Shown piece by piece: positions 17,746 through 27,114 of a stretch of DNA of 64,000 bases. Each line of letters begins with the position of its first letter. The first letter of the stretch is position 1. The position numbers and the translations under genes were made by a program. The notes below the pieces were generated by a model. That model was not told the origin of the DNA. It saw only the letters and a list, made by a program, of their open reading frames with translations, and did no database searches. Source of the stretch: an uncultured Alphaproteobacteria bacterium (GTDB lineage: Bacteria > Pseudomonadota > Alphaproteobacteria > MPNO01 > DASWLB01); contig CAWFOW010000011.1 of NCBI GenBank assembly GCA_963817535.1, forward strand, positions 46,754 through 110,753. The letters run 5' to 3'.

Positions 17746-18783
17746 TCAGCCCCGCAAATATCCGCGATCGCGATAGAAGCGCTCGGCGCCCGGATGCAGC
17801 GGTGCACCGCGCGGAGTCTCCGGATCGGGCGTGCAGAGCTGCACCATGTCCAGTGGCCGGAAATTGTCAGTCGGGATGACAAGCTTGCGCGCCTCGATCG
17901 CCTCGCACAGCGCGTAGGCGACGTCGTCCTCCATGTCGGCGTGGACAATCATCGGCCAGCCAGAGAAGTCGACGGCCGTGACCGGCGCGCTGAGGGCGGG
18001 GATGCGCTCTTTCGTCAGATTGATCATGTCGAATCCTTCTGCGGAAAGGCGCGCGTTCACCGCCCCCTCGACCGGCAGGATGCGGAAGCCGTGTTCGAGC
18101 GCGAACTGTCCCCAGCTCAGCAGGCCCTCGTCGAACACGGCGTCGATTTCGCCCTTGCGGATCATTTCGGCGCGATGCGGATGGCTGGGGCGCGAGACGG
18201 AGTGGACCGTACCGCCCCAGGCACGGATGTCGTCGAACGAGAATCCCGACGCCGACATCAGGGCGTTGACCGACAGCATGGTCGGGTCCTCGTCGAACGG
18301 CGGCGCAATTGGGGTGCCGGTCGAGATGCGCAGCGGCGGGCGCCGCTCCCGAATTTGCTCGAGCGAGGTGATGCCGGTCAATTCGTGGACGGCGATGACC
18401 ACGGCGTCCCAGGACGGGAACACCGCGATCGCGCGCAAGGGGAGGGGGCTCTCGAAAGGCGCACATCCCTTGTAGGCGAGGGCGAGCGGCGCGTTGGGGT
18501 TGATCCAGAGCAGCGAGAGGTCTTTTCGTGCGACCCTCAGCAGGTTGTCACGCGAGCCTCCGATCCCGAACGACAGGCCCAGCCCGACGTCAGACGGCGA
18601 ATCGCGTCGGGACTCGATCCGCATCGACAGGTTCGTGCCGAGGCGGGAATCGATCTGGGGGACGTTCGTGCCGCTGCGGGTGGAGCGGCGGGAGAGCGAC
18701 GTGTCGTAGAGCGCCGCCGCCAGCTCGAGAAGACCTTTCGAACGCTGGATGCCCGAGTTGTAACGGGTCGGTATCTCGACCAT
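17746..18783 (-). CDS. TAXI-family-like SBP-fold protein without signal peptide (paralog of 23654-24625)
   Basis: C-terminal ...VDFSGWPMIVHAD...APLHPGAERFYRDRGY resembles the TAXI HPGA..Y signature. N-terminus MVEIP... has no hydrophobic leader. Confidence 0.55.
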   Translation of the reverse strand: MVEIPTRYNSGIQRSKGLLELAAALYDTSLSRRSTRSGTNVPQIDSRLGTNLSMRIESRRDSPSDVGLGLSFGIGGSRDNLLRVARKDLSLLWINPNAPLALAYKGCAPFESPLPLRAIAVFPSWDAVVIAVHELTGITSLEQIRERRPPLRISTGTPIAPPFDEDPTMLSVNALMSASGFSFDDIRAWGGTVHSVSRPSHPHRAEMIRKGEIDAVFDEGLLSWGQFALEHGFRILPVEGAVNARLSAEGFDMINLTKERIPALSAPVTAVDFSGWPMIVHADMEDDVAYALCEAIEARKLVIPTDNFRPLDMVQLCTPDPETPRGAPLHPGAERFYRDRGYLRG

Positions 18784-18810
18784 CTCTCACTCCGACGTGG
18801 ACGGCGCTCT

Positions 18811-19815
18811 CTACTTCGTGACCCCCAGCTTGGCGAGTTCGGCCCGGTAGGCTTCAATCACCTTTTCGCCGTCTGGTGTGGCCTTGAGCCATTGCTCCAC
18901 GACCGGCCGCATCACCTTGCGAAGCTCGCCAAGATCCGAGTCGGACATCTCCGTCACGGTCTGGTGCGCGGCCTCGACCTTTTTTACGCCCATGTCGGTC
19001 TCCTCCTGCGCCGACTTGCCGAGGCTCATCGACAGCTTCAGGCCGGTCGTCGCGTCGAAAACCTTGCGCACATCCTCGGGCAGCTTCGCGTGAGACTCCT
19101 TGTTCATCAGGAGGTACTCCGTCGTCTGACCCAGCGGCGCATTGAGATAGTAGCTCGCCACCTCGGTCAGCTTGTAGGCGGCGACGGCCGCCATTCCGAC
19201 CGTGGCGCCGTCCACCAGCCCACGCTGCATTGCCTGGTAGATTTCGGGCGTAGCGAGTGTGATCGGCGCGCCGCCGAGGACCTCGATCTCCTGGCCATAG
19301 ATGCGCGACGTGACGCTGATCTTCAGGCCGTTCACGTCGCCGATCTTTCGCAGCTCGCGGCGCGAGATGATCGCGGTCGGCGGGAAGCACGAGAAGCCGA
19401 GCGGACGGACCTTCTCGTACTCGTCGGCGATCACGCCGCTGGTGTAGAGCGCCCAGACCGCCTGGGTGCATTGGGCCCCCGTGGCGGGAAAGCCCGGCAG
19501 GGCGGTCACACTCGTCTTCTGAAAGGTCTTGCCCATTATGCCATGCAGCCCGAACACGATATCGGCGACGCCATTCAGCATCCGGTCGTAGCCGTTGCGG
19601 TGCGAGGCGAGCGTACCGCCGGCAAAGATCTGGATCTTGAGCTGTCCGTGTGTCGCCTTCTCGATCTCGTTCGCCCAGGGCACCAGGGTTCCGCCGTAGA
19701 AGTGCGACACGGGCGGCGGCGGGAAGCCGAGCTTCAGCGTGATAGGCGGGGCTGCGTAGGCGGCGAGCGGGGCCACGACGGCGAGCGCAGCGACAACGGG
19801 CCTCAGGATACGCAT
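18811..19815 (-). CDS. TRAP-transporter DctP-family periplasmic solute-binding protein (orphan, no DctQM)
   Basis: Signal peptide MRILRPVVAALAVVAPLAAYA. DctP-like ...LKLGFPPP... Confidence 0.8.
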   Translation of the reverse strand: MRILRPVVAALAVVAPLAAYAAPPITLKLGFPPPPVSHFYGGTLVPWANEIEKATHGQLKIQIFAGGTLASHRNGYDRMLNGVADIVFGLHGIMGKTFQKTSVTALPGFPATGAQCTQAVWALYTSGVIADEYEKVRPLGFSCFPPTAIISRRELRKIGDVNGLKISVTSRIYGQEIEVLGGAPITLATPEIYQAMQRGLVDGATVGMAAVAAYKLTEVASYYLNAPLGQTTEYLLMNKESHAKLPEDVRKVFDATTGLKLSMSLGKSAQEETDMGVKKVEAAHQTVTEMSDSDLGELRKVMRPVVEQWLKATPDGEKVIEAYRAELAKLGVTK

Positions 19816-20141
19816 GTCTTCCTCCCTTTATCTGTTTCCGTCTGCGGCCCCGGGGGCCGCGGCGTGGCACGGTGCGCTCTCTTCTCGGCGCGGCACTGTG
19901 CGACAAGCCCTCCGCGGGCAAGCGACCCAGCGTGCTTGCGAGCGCCTCGCGACTTCGTGCCAGCGTGCCATTCGCCCGGTGACGCAGAAAGCCGGATCGC
20001 TCGCGTGTTGCACTAAGCGCAACAGTGCACAGGGACAGGTTGCCAGACGCCCCGTTGACGGCCACGTTTCGCAAGCTCTCCAACGGCTTCGATGTTCGGC
20101 GAACGGGCCGTTTTTCGTGGAATGAAGAGGCTCCGACACTC

Positions 20142-21347
20142 ATGACCGGCGCGAAAATGTTTAATGAATACAAGGATATGACCATCTCCTACGAGGAGGC
20201 GATCGAGCGGGCGCGAACGATCGTGCCTGTTGCCAAGCGCAACGCTTCCGCCGCCGAGGAGCTGCGCCGGATGCCCGAGGAGAACATCCGGGCCATTCTG
20301 GATTCCGGGCTGATGCCCTTGGTTCGGCCGCGTCGGTTTGGCGGCTATGAAGCGGACTGGATGACGCAGATCGATTGTGTGTCCGAGGTGGCCCGCTTCT
20401 GCGGATCGACCGGCTGGTGCATGACCTTCTTCATCCAGCACCAGTATTTCCTGAGCCTGTTCGGCGAGGAGGCGCAATGCCACGTCTATGAGCGTCAGCC
20501 GGACCCGACCATCCTCACCTCGTTCAACCAGACGGGGAAGGTCAAGGAGGTCAAGGGCGGCTACGAAATCAGCGGCCGCTGGCATTTCGCGTCCGGCGGC
20601 GACTATTGCAAGTGGGCCATCCTCGGCGGCGTGACGCGGAACGAGGATGGCTCGCTCAAGAAGCGGCTGAACTTCCTGCTGGGGCCCGACCAGTTCAAGA
20701 TCGACCGCGTGTGGAACGCGATGGGCCTCAAGGGCTCGGGCAGCAACGACGTGATCGTCGAGCCGGCCTTCGTTCCCGAGAACTTTGTGTACGACCATGA
20801 CGATGCGCTGGTCGGATGTGCGCCCGGCCACACGGTGAACGAGGGTGTCCTCTATCGTATGCCGCTGATCCTGAATTCGGGGTTCGCGGTGATGTCGCCG
20901 CTCCACGGGATCGCCCGAGGCGCGTACGAATCCTTCGTCGAGCTCACCTCCGGGCGCGGTGCGCGGCCGATGGGGGCGCGACCCAGCGATCGGGCGGAGA
21001 CGCAGATCGCGATTGGTGAATCCGGGGCCGAGATCGATCTCGCCTATCTTCTGACCGAACGGCTGACCGCAACGATTTTCCGGGGCGAGAAGGTCACGCG
21101 CGCGGTGGCCACGCGGCACCGGCGCGACATGATGATGGTGCTCAAGCTGCTGCAGCGCGCCGTGGACCGCCTGTTCGACATCAGTGGGGCGCACGGACTT
21201 GACGGGGATCACCCGATCCAGCGCCACTGGCGCGACCTGCACGCGATCGGGCATCATGCGCAGTGGCAGGCCCCGGCGCTGCAGATCGCCGGGCGCGATG
21301 CGCTTGGCCTGCCGCCGCTGCCGAGCGACACGTACCCCTTCGACTAG
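20142..21347 (+). CDS. Acyl-CoA-dehydrogenase-fold flavin-dependent monooxygenase, oxygenase component (HsaA/C2/DszC-like)
   Basis: ~400 aa. N-terminus YEEAIERARTIVPVAKRNASAAEELRRMPEENIRAILDSGLMPLVRPRRFGGYEADW typical of group D two-component monooxygenases. Confidence 0.7.
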   Translation: MTGAKMFNEYKDMTISYEEAIERARTIVPVAKRNASAAEELRRMPEENIRAILDSGLMPLVRPRRFGGYEADWMTQIDCVSEVARFCGSTGWCMTFFIQHQYFLSLFGEEAQCHVYERQPDPTILTSFNQTGKVKEVKGGYEISGRWHFASGGDYCKWAILGGVTRNEDGSLKKRLNFLLGPDQFKIDRVWNAMGLKGSGSNDVIVEPAFVPENFVYDHDDALVGCAPGHTVNEGVLYRMPLILNSGFAVMSPLHGIARGAYESFVELTSGRGARPMGARPSDRAETQIAIGESGAEIDLAYLLTERLTATIFRGEKVTRAVATRHRRDMMMVLKLLQRAVDRLFDISGAHGLDGDHPIQRHWRDLHAIGHHAQWQAPALQIAGRDALGLPPLPSDTYPFD

Positions 21348-21357
21348 GAGTCCCGCG

Positions 21358-22566
21358 ATGACACAGGATCGGCCGTTGGTGATCGTCGGCGGCGGGCTCG
21401 CCGGGCTTGGCATGGCCAACGCCCTCAAGACGTTCGGCTTCGCAGCGGAGGTGTACGAGGCAGCGCCGACATTGGGCGAGATCGGTGCCGCGGTGAATAC
21501 CAGCCCCAACGCGACCAAGGTGCTGCAGGCGGTCGGGCTGGGTGAGAAGATCGCCGAGGTCGGCAACCTGTCGCCCGGCATCTACACCCGCAACATGCAG
21601 ACCGGCGAGTTCGTCGAGTTCAGGGACCGGCGGAAGGAGCCCCTGCGCCATGGCGCACCGCACTATTCCTACCATCGCGCCGACCTGTTGAACGTGCTGG
21701 CCAGCGGGATCGACCCGAAGACAGTCCATCTCGGCCACCGCCTGGCCGGGATCGAGGAGCATCCCGACCGGGTGACGCTGAAATTCTCCAACGGCGTCTC
21801 GGTCGAGGCCGATCTGGTCATCGGCGCGGACGGCGTCCGGTCGGTGATCCGCCAGGCGCTCTATGGCGACGACAACCCGACCTATACCGGCCAGATGGTG
21901 TGGCGTTCGCTGCTCAAGGGTAGCGACGTGCCGCCCGAGGTGCTGGAGCCGAACGGCCACGTCCAGTGGGTCGGGCCGGGCTGCCACTTCATCGCCTACT
22001 ACATTCGCGGCCGCGAGCTGGTGAACATCGTCACCCAGGAGGACACGGACAAGTGGGTGGCGGAGGGATGGTCGACCCGCGGCGACGTCGACGAGATGCG
22101 GCGCAGTTTCCCGGACCCCGAGCCACGCCTTGCCAATATCCTCAGCATCGTCACGGAATGCTCGAAATGGGGCCTGTTCACCCGGCCGCTGACCGAGAAC
22201 TGGGGACGCGGTCGCATCCAGCTGATCGGCGATTCGGCGCACGCGATGCTGCCGAACGCCGGACAGGGGGCGTGCCAGGCGTTCGAGGACGCGTACATCC
22301 TGGCGCATTGGTTGCAGGCCTGTCCCGACCCGGTCGAGGCCTTCGCCAACTTCCGTCGCATTCGCATCCCGCGCGTCCACGCGGTGCAGCGCATTTCGCT
22401 GGCCAACGCGAAATTCAAGCACATGCACGACGCCAAGGCGCAGAAGGATCTGATCGCGGCGGGCAAGGGAAGCACGCAGGGCCATGCCGAATGGCTGTGG
22501 GGCTACGACCCCATTCTCGATTGGGACAAGGTGCCGTCTGTCCCGGAACTCGGAGTGCCAGCCTAA
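21358..22566 (+). CDS. FAD-dependent aromatic hydroxylase (salicylate 1-monooxygenase / 3-hydroxybenzoate 6-hydroxylase-like)
   Basis: Rossmann motif VIVGGGLAGLGMA, DLVIGADGVRSVIR, GDSAHAMLPNAGQGACQAFEDA. Confidence 0.8.
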   Translation: MTQDRPLVIVGGGLAGLGMANALKTFGFAAEVYEAAPTLGEIGAAVNTSPNATKVLQAVGLGEKIAEVGNLSPGIYTRNMQTGEFVEFRDRRKEPLRHGAPHYSYHRADLLNVLASGIDPKTVHLGHRLAGIEEHPDRVTLKFSNGVSVEADLVIGADGVRSVIRQALYGDDNPTYTGQMVWRSLLKGSDVPPEVLEPNGHVQWVGPGCHFIAYYIRGRELVNIVTQEDTDKWVAEGWSTRGDVDEMRRSFPDPEPRLANILSIVTECSKWGLFTRPLTENWGRGRIQLIGDSAHAMLPNAGQGACQAFEDAYILAHWLQACPDPVEAFANFRRIRIPRVHAVQRISLANAKFKHMHDAKAQKDLIAAGKGSTQGHAEWLWGYDPILDWDKVPSVPELGVPA

Positions 22567-22635
22567 TAGAAACGTCAGTGGCGCGGCCGTTTGCGCGTCT
22601 CGAAACCATAATTCTGAACACGGTGGAGGAACGTC

Positions 22636-23610
22636 ATGAGAGCGAACCTGTTGCACGCGGCGACCCGATACGCGCTCGGGATCGTGGTCGGATCGGCGTT
22701 GCTGTCACTCCCGGCTCAGGCCGACACCACCCTCGTCGTCGGCAAGGCGAACCCGAACGCGGACAACACCATTCCCGTCAATGTCGGCGACCGGCGCGGC
22801 ATCTTCAAGAAGCACGGGCTCGACCTGAAGATCATCGACTTCCAGGGCGGCAGCAAGATGATCCAGGCGATGATCGCGGGGAACATCGATATTGCGGTCG
22901 GTGCAGGTGTCGAGATGGCGTTCATTGCCCGTGGATCGCCGATGATGGCCGTGTGCGAGAGCGCTTCGACGATTCCCTTCCTCAGCGTCGGGATACCTTG
23001 GGACTCGCCGATCAAGTCGCTCAAGGATCTCAAAGGAAAGAAGATCGGCGTGTCGAGCTCGGGCTCGCTCACCGATTGGCTGGCGAAGCAACTCGCCATC
23101 AAGCAGGGCTGGGGAATCGACGGCGTCAAGCGCGCCCCGATCGGCGGCAGCCCCACCGCGTCGATGGCGGCCTTCAAGGCAAATCTGATCGATGCCGACA
23201 TCGGGGGCACGGCCACGTTCCTGCGCATGTCGGAATCCAAGGTTGGGAAGGTGCTGGCGCCCGCCTCGTCCTACATGGGCCACATCGCGTCGGGCGTGCT
23301 CTACGCATCGAACAAGCTGATCGAAAGCAATCCCGCTGCGGTCAAGGCGTTCGTCGCAGGATGGCTCGATACGATCAAGTTCATCCGGGCGAACAAGGCC
23401 GAAACGGTGAAGATCGAAATGTCCGTCACGAAATACACGGAGAACGTGATGTCGCAGGAGTATGACTTCGTGGTCGGCATGTACACGTCGGATTGCAAGT
23501 TCGACGCTCAGTCGCTCGACACGCTCAAGCAATCGTTCGCCGACCTGAAGCTCCTGAAGGAGGAACCCGACATGTCGAAGCTTTACACCGAAGCCTTCCT
23601 GCCGAAATGA
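22636..23610 (+). CDS. NMT1/SsuA-like periplasmic substrate-binding protein (orphan; paralog of 16712-17686)
   Basis: Signal peptide MRANLLHAATRYALGIVVGSALLSLPAQA. Shared blocks FQGGSKM, DLKGK.IG.SS.GSLTDWLA. Confidence 0.8.
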   Translation: MRANLLHAATRYALGIVVGSALLSLPAQADTTLVVGKANPNADNTIPVNVGDRRGIFKKHGLDLKIIDFQGGSKMIQAMIAGNIDIAVGAGVEMAFIARGSPMMAVCESASTIPFLSVGIPWDSPIKSLKDLKGKKIGVSSSGSLTDWLAKQLAIKQGWGIDGVKRAPIGGSPTASMAAFKANLIDADIGGTATFLRMSESKVGKVLAPASSYMGHIASGVLYASNKLIESNPAAVKAFVAGWLDTIKFIRANKAETVKIEMSVTKYTENVMSQEYDFVVGMYTSDCKFDAQSLDTLKQSFADLKLLKEEPDMSKLYTEAFLPK

Positions 23611-23653
23611 TCTGGCCGCCCGTCGCCCGCAGTTCCGCAAGAGGAAACCACCC

Positions 23654-24625
23654 ATGTTGACCATCCCCAAGGTAATCCGCACGCCGCCCATCATTCGGTC
23701 GCGGCTGATGCTCGAGACCGTGTCCGAGCTGGTCGCTGCGGACGAGTGGCAGAACAAGCAGGTGATGATCCTGATGCGCCCGCAGGGCGACGACAAATGG
23801 CGCATCCGCTTCTTCGCAAGCGACAGCCCCGCATCGGTCGAGGCGGTGGCGAGCGGGGAGGCGGATATCGCCATCTGCAATCCGGGCGGCGTGCTGGGCA
23901 TGGCGATGCGGGGACGCGGCCCTTACAAGAAGGCCCATCCGTTCCGGTCGATCATGGTGCTGCCGCAGTTCGACCAGCTCGGCTTCGCAGTCAGCGGGGA
24001 GACCGGCCTCAAGACGCTGGCGGACCTCAAGCGGACGCGCTTTCCGCTCCGCGTGTCCCTGCGCGGCCAGCCGGACCATTCCGTTCATTTGATCACGAAC
24101 CACGTGCTCGGCGCCTACGGCATGTCGCTCGACGACATCAAGAGCTGGGGCGGCAAGGTCGTGTACACCGAGGGCATGCCTTACGGGCCGGACCGTCTGG
24201 GCGCGGTCAAGCGCGGCGAGCTGGACGCCGTGTGGGACGAGGCGCTGCCTTTGTTCGCGAACGAGGTGATCGCGATGGGCATGCGGTTCCTCGCGGTCGA
24301 TGAGCCGCAGCTGAAATCGCTCGAGGCGGACGGGCTGATGCGTCAGGCGATCACGGACGAGGAATATCCCGGTCTGGGCGAGACTGTCTGGTCGGTGGAT
24401 TTCAGCGGCTGGCCGGTGTTCTGCCTGGAGAGCGCCCCCGACGACATGATCTATTATTTCTGCGCGGCGCTCGATGCGCGCAGGGACCGCATCCCGTGGT
24501 GGGACAGCGAGGGCCGGCCTTTGCCTCTCGAAAAGCTGTGCAAGGACAGCAAGGAGGGGCCGCTCTACCTTCCGCTCCATCCCGGGGCAGAACGGTACTG
24601 GCGGGAAAAGGGCTACATTTCCTAA
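23654..24625 (+). CDS. TAXI-family-like SBP-fold protein without signal peptide (paralog of 17746-18783)
   Basis: N-terminus MLTIP... with no leader. C-terminus VDFSGWPVFCLE...LPLHPGAERYWREKGY. Good RBS aagaggaaa. Confidence 0.55.
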   Translation: MLTIPKVIRTPPIIRSRLMLETVSELVAADEWQNKQVMILMRPQGDDKWRIRFFASDSPASVEAVASGEADIAICNPGGVLGMAMRGRGPYKKAHPFRSIMVLPQFDQLGFAVSGETGLKTLADLKRTRFPLRVSLRGQPDHSVHLITNHVLGAYGMSLDDIKSWGGKVVYTEGMPYGPDRLGAVKRGELDAVWDEALPLFANEVIAMGMRFLAVDEPQLKSLEADGLMRQAITDEEYPGLGETVWSVDFSGWPVFCLESAPDDMIYYFCAALDARRDRIPWWDSEGRPLPLEKLCKDSKEGPLYLPLHPGAERYWREKGYIS

Positions 24626-24730
24626 GCGGTGGCCCAAGGTTCCGCCGCGGTCGCACTTGACCGATGCGCGGCGGCCGTGCTGAGATTCGCTTTCAGGCCA
24701 CGCACCTCTTGAAACCAATTCGAGGCTCTA

Positions 24731-25594
24731 GTGGCCTCGTTGCGGCGCCTGGAAGAGGCACCACCGCATATGCTGCGCACCGCAAAAGGCGTCGAGGAAT
24801 CGGGCACTGCGCCGGCGGCGGTCGGCGCTACGGGCGCCGTTCTGCGGCGTGCGCCGCCCGGGTCGACAGCGCGACAAGCCCTCAAGATTCTCGAACTCTT
24901 TTCGCCCGAGGAGCCAGTGCTCGGCGTTTCGGAAATCAGCCGGCGCCTTGGTGTGCACAAGAGCAACGTGTCGCGGCTGGTGGCGGCGTTGATGGGCGAA
25001 GGCTTCCTGGCCCGCACCGAAAACGGCCGCTACCGCCTCAGCCTCCGGCTCTACGTGATGGGGGCGAGCATCACGCACAGTCACGCGCTGTATCAGGCCG
25101 CGCTTGCGGAGCTGAGCGACGTACGCATCATCACGGGCGAGAGTACCCATCTCGCGGTCCTGGTGGATGCGGAGGTCGTCCACCTCGAGCGCCTCCGCTC
25201 CGACTACCTCATGAAAAGTCACATACGTTCGGGCAGCCATGTGCCCGCGCACGCGACGAGCACCGGGAAGGCGTTGCTTGCCTACGCGCCCAGCGAAACA
25301 TTCGATACGGTGGTCGCGCGCGGACTGCGCCGTTTTACCACGCGTACGCTGACGGACCCGGAGGCATTGCGCACCGAACTGAGCGGCGTCCGGCTGCGCG
25401 GCTATGCACTGGACCGGGGCGAGTTCCTGAAGGGGATCACCTCGCTCGCCGTCCCCATCGTCGCGCGCGACCGCCAGACCGTTGCCGCGATGGCGGTGGT
25501 GGCGCCGTCCGATCGCATGACCGGGCTTCACATGCGCGATACGCTGCGCGTCCTGCAAGGCGTAGCCGCTCGGATCGCCCGACAGAACGCTTAA
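24731..25594 (+). CDS. IclR family transcriptional regulator
   Basis: HTH ...LGVSEISRRLGVHKSNVSRLVAALMGEGFL... plus a C-terminal IclR effector domain. Confidence 0.85.
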   Translation: MASLRRLEEAPPHMLRTAKGVEESGTAPAAVGATGAVLRRAPPGSTARQALKILELFSPEEPVLGVSEISRRLGVHKSNVSRLVAALMGEGFLARTENGRYRLSLRLYVMGASITHSHALYQAALAELSDVRIITGESTHLAVLVDAEVVHLERLRSDYLMKSHIRSGSHVPAHATSTGKALLAYAPSETFDTVVARGLRRFTTRTLTDPEALRTELSGVRLRGYALDRGEFLKGITSLAVPIVARDRQTVAAMAVVAPSDRMTGLHMRDTLRVLQGVAARIARQNA

Positions 25595-27114
25595 GCCTTC
25601 CGGTCGGGCAGCTCGCGTAGGGCCGTTTTCAGCACCTTGCCATAGTTGTTCTTGGGAATGGCGTCGACGAAGCGGTAGGCGCGGGGCCGCTTGAAGCGCG
25701 CGATGTGGTCGAGGCAGAGCGCGTCGAGCTCGGCCTCCGAGGCGTTGGCGCCGGGCCGGCAGACGACGAACGCGATCACCTCTTCGCCCCAGTCGGGGTG
25801 GGGCCGGCCGATCACTGAGACTTCCAGAACGCGCGGATGCTTGAGCAGCACCTCCTCCACCTCGCGGGGATAGATGTTGCTGCCGCCGGAGATGATGACG
25901 TCCTTCACGCGATCCTTGAGGGTGAGATAGCTGCTCTCGTCGAACGCGCCGACGTCGCCGGTGTGCAGCCAGCCGGCGCGCAGCGTCGCGGACGTCGCCG
26001 CTGCATTACCCCAATAGCCTTTCATCACGGCTGGGCCACGGACCAGAACTTCGCCGACCTGACCCTGCGGCACGTCGACGTCCTGTTGGTCGCAAACGCG
26101 CACCTCGACGCCGGCGAAAGCCCGTCCGACGGAGGCGAGCCGCGCCAGGTCGCCGGCGTCGCCGTGATCCGCACGCGCGAGGCACGTAATCGTCATCGGC
26201 GACTCGCCCTGGCCGTAGATCTGCACCAGCTTCGGCCCAAAAATTTCGAGTGCCGCGACGCAACCCTCCGCGTACATCGGCCCGCCCCCGTAGACGAGGG
26301 TCTTCAGGTTCCGGAAATCGGCATCGCCCGCGCCCGGCGCGCGTACCAGCCGCATCACCATGGTCGGCGCGAAAAAGAACGTCACGCCGTGATGGGCGCG
26401 GAGCAGCGTGAAGATTTCGTCCGGTTCGAACCCGCCGCTCTCGGGGATAACGTGGCACGCGGCCCGCGCGAGGTGCGGCAGGATATAAAGCCCCGAGCCA
26501 TGGGACATCGGCGCCGCGTGGATGATGGAATCGCCGGACGTAATCCCGTCCACGTTGGCGAAATAGGCGCGCGTCATCGCCGCGAGGTTGCCATGGCTCA
26601 GCATCGCGCCCTTGGGGCGACCTGTGGTGCCCGATGTATAGAACAGCCACGCGAGATCGTCGGACTGGACGACGCGCATCGGGGCCGGATCTGCGCCCAG
26701 GAATCGGCTGTAGTCCGGGCTTCCGGCGCATACGATGGCTTGCAGCGTGGAATTGCCGCGTGCCGCTTCCACGACCGCGCCTGCGAGATCGTGGCTGACG
26801 AAACAGGCACGCGCACCGGAATCATCCAGGATCCACGCGAACTCGCGGGGATGCAGCTTGGCGTTCATCGGGACGGCGACGAGCCCCGCGTGCCACGCGG
26901 CGAGAAGCACCTCGACGTATTCCGGCGTGTTCGACATGGCAATCGCGATCCGGTCGCCATCGCCGAGCCGCAATTCGCCGCGCAACGCGGCGGCCAGGCG
27001 CGCGACACGTTCCGCGAGCGCTCGATAGGTCAGGATCGGCGTTTCGCCGTGCGCGATCGCCGGGAGATCGCCGTGGCGAGACGCGCTGTCGACCAGCAGC
27101 CCCGCGAGGTTCAC
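25591..27114 (-). CDS. AMP-dependent acyl-CoA synthetase
   Basis: YTSGTTGRPKGAMLSH, YGQGESP, TGDVG, NYGKVLK. GTG start overlaps the thiolase stop (GTGA). Confidence 0.8.
   Translation of the reverse strand: MNLAGLLVDSASRHGDLPAIAHGETPILTYRALAERVARLAAALRGELRLGDGDRIAIAMSNTPEYVEVLLAAWHAGLVAVPMNAKLHPREFAWILDDSGARACFVSHDLAGAVVEAARGNSTLQAIVCAGSPDYSRFLGADPAPMRVVQSDDLAWLFYTSGTTGRPKGAMLSHGNLAAMTRAYFANVDGITSGDSIIHAAPMSHGSGLYILPHLARAACHVIPESGGFEPDEIFTLLRAHHGVTFFFAPTMVMRLVRAPGAGDADFRNLKTLVYGGGPMYAEGCVAALEIFGPKLVQIYGQGESPMTITCLARADHGDAGDLARLASVGRAFAGVEVRVCDQQDVDVPQGQVGEVLVRGPAVMKGYWGNAAATSATLRAGWLHTGDVGAFDESSYLTLKDRVKDVIISGGSNIYPREVEEVLLKHPRVLEVSVIGRPHPDWGEEVIAFVVCRPGANASEAELDALCLDHIARFKRPRAYRFVDAIPKNNYGKVLKTALRELPDRKA

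Noticed and set aside
17704-20016. 770-aa ORF on the plus strand
   Set aside because: Lies antisense to three well-supported genes (TAXI-like, DctP). Arg/Ala/Gly-rich low-complexity translation typical of GC-rich antisense frames. No domain signature
21181-23901. Long antisense ORFs (21181-22656 minus, 21966-23465 plus, 22705-23901 minus)
   Set aside because: Overlap the FAD monooxygenase and SBP genes on the opposite strand or in an alternate frame. No motifs. Arg/Gly-rich
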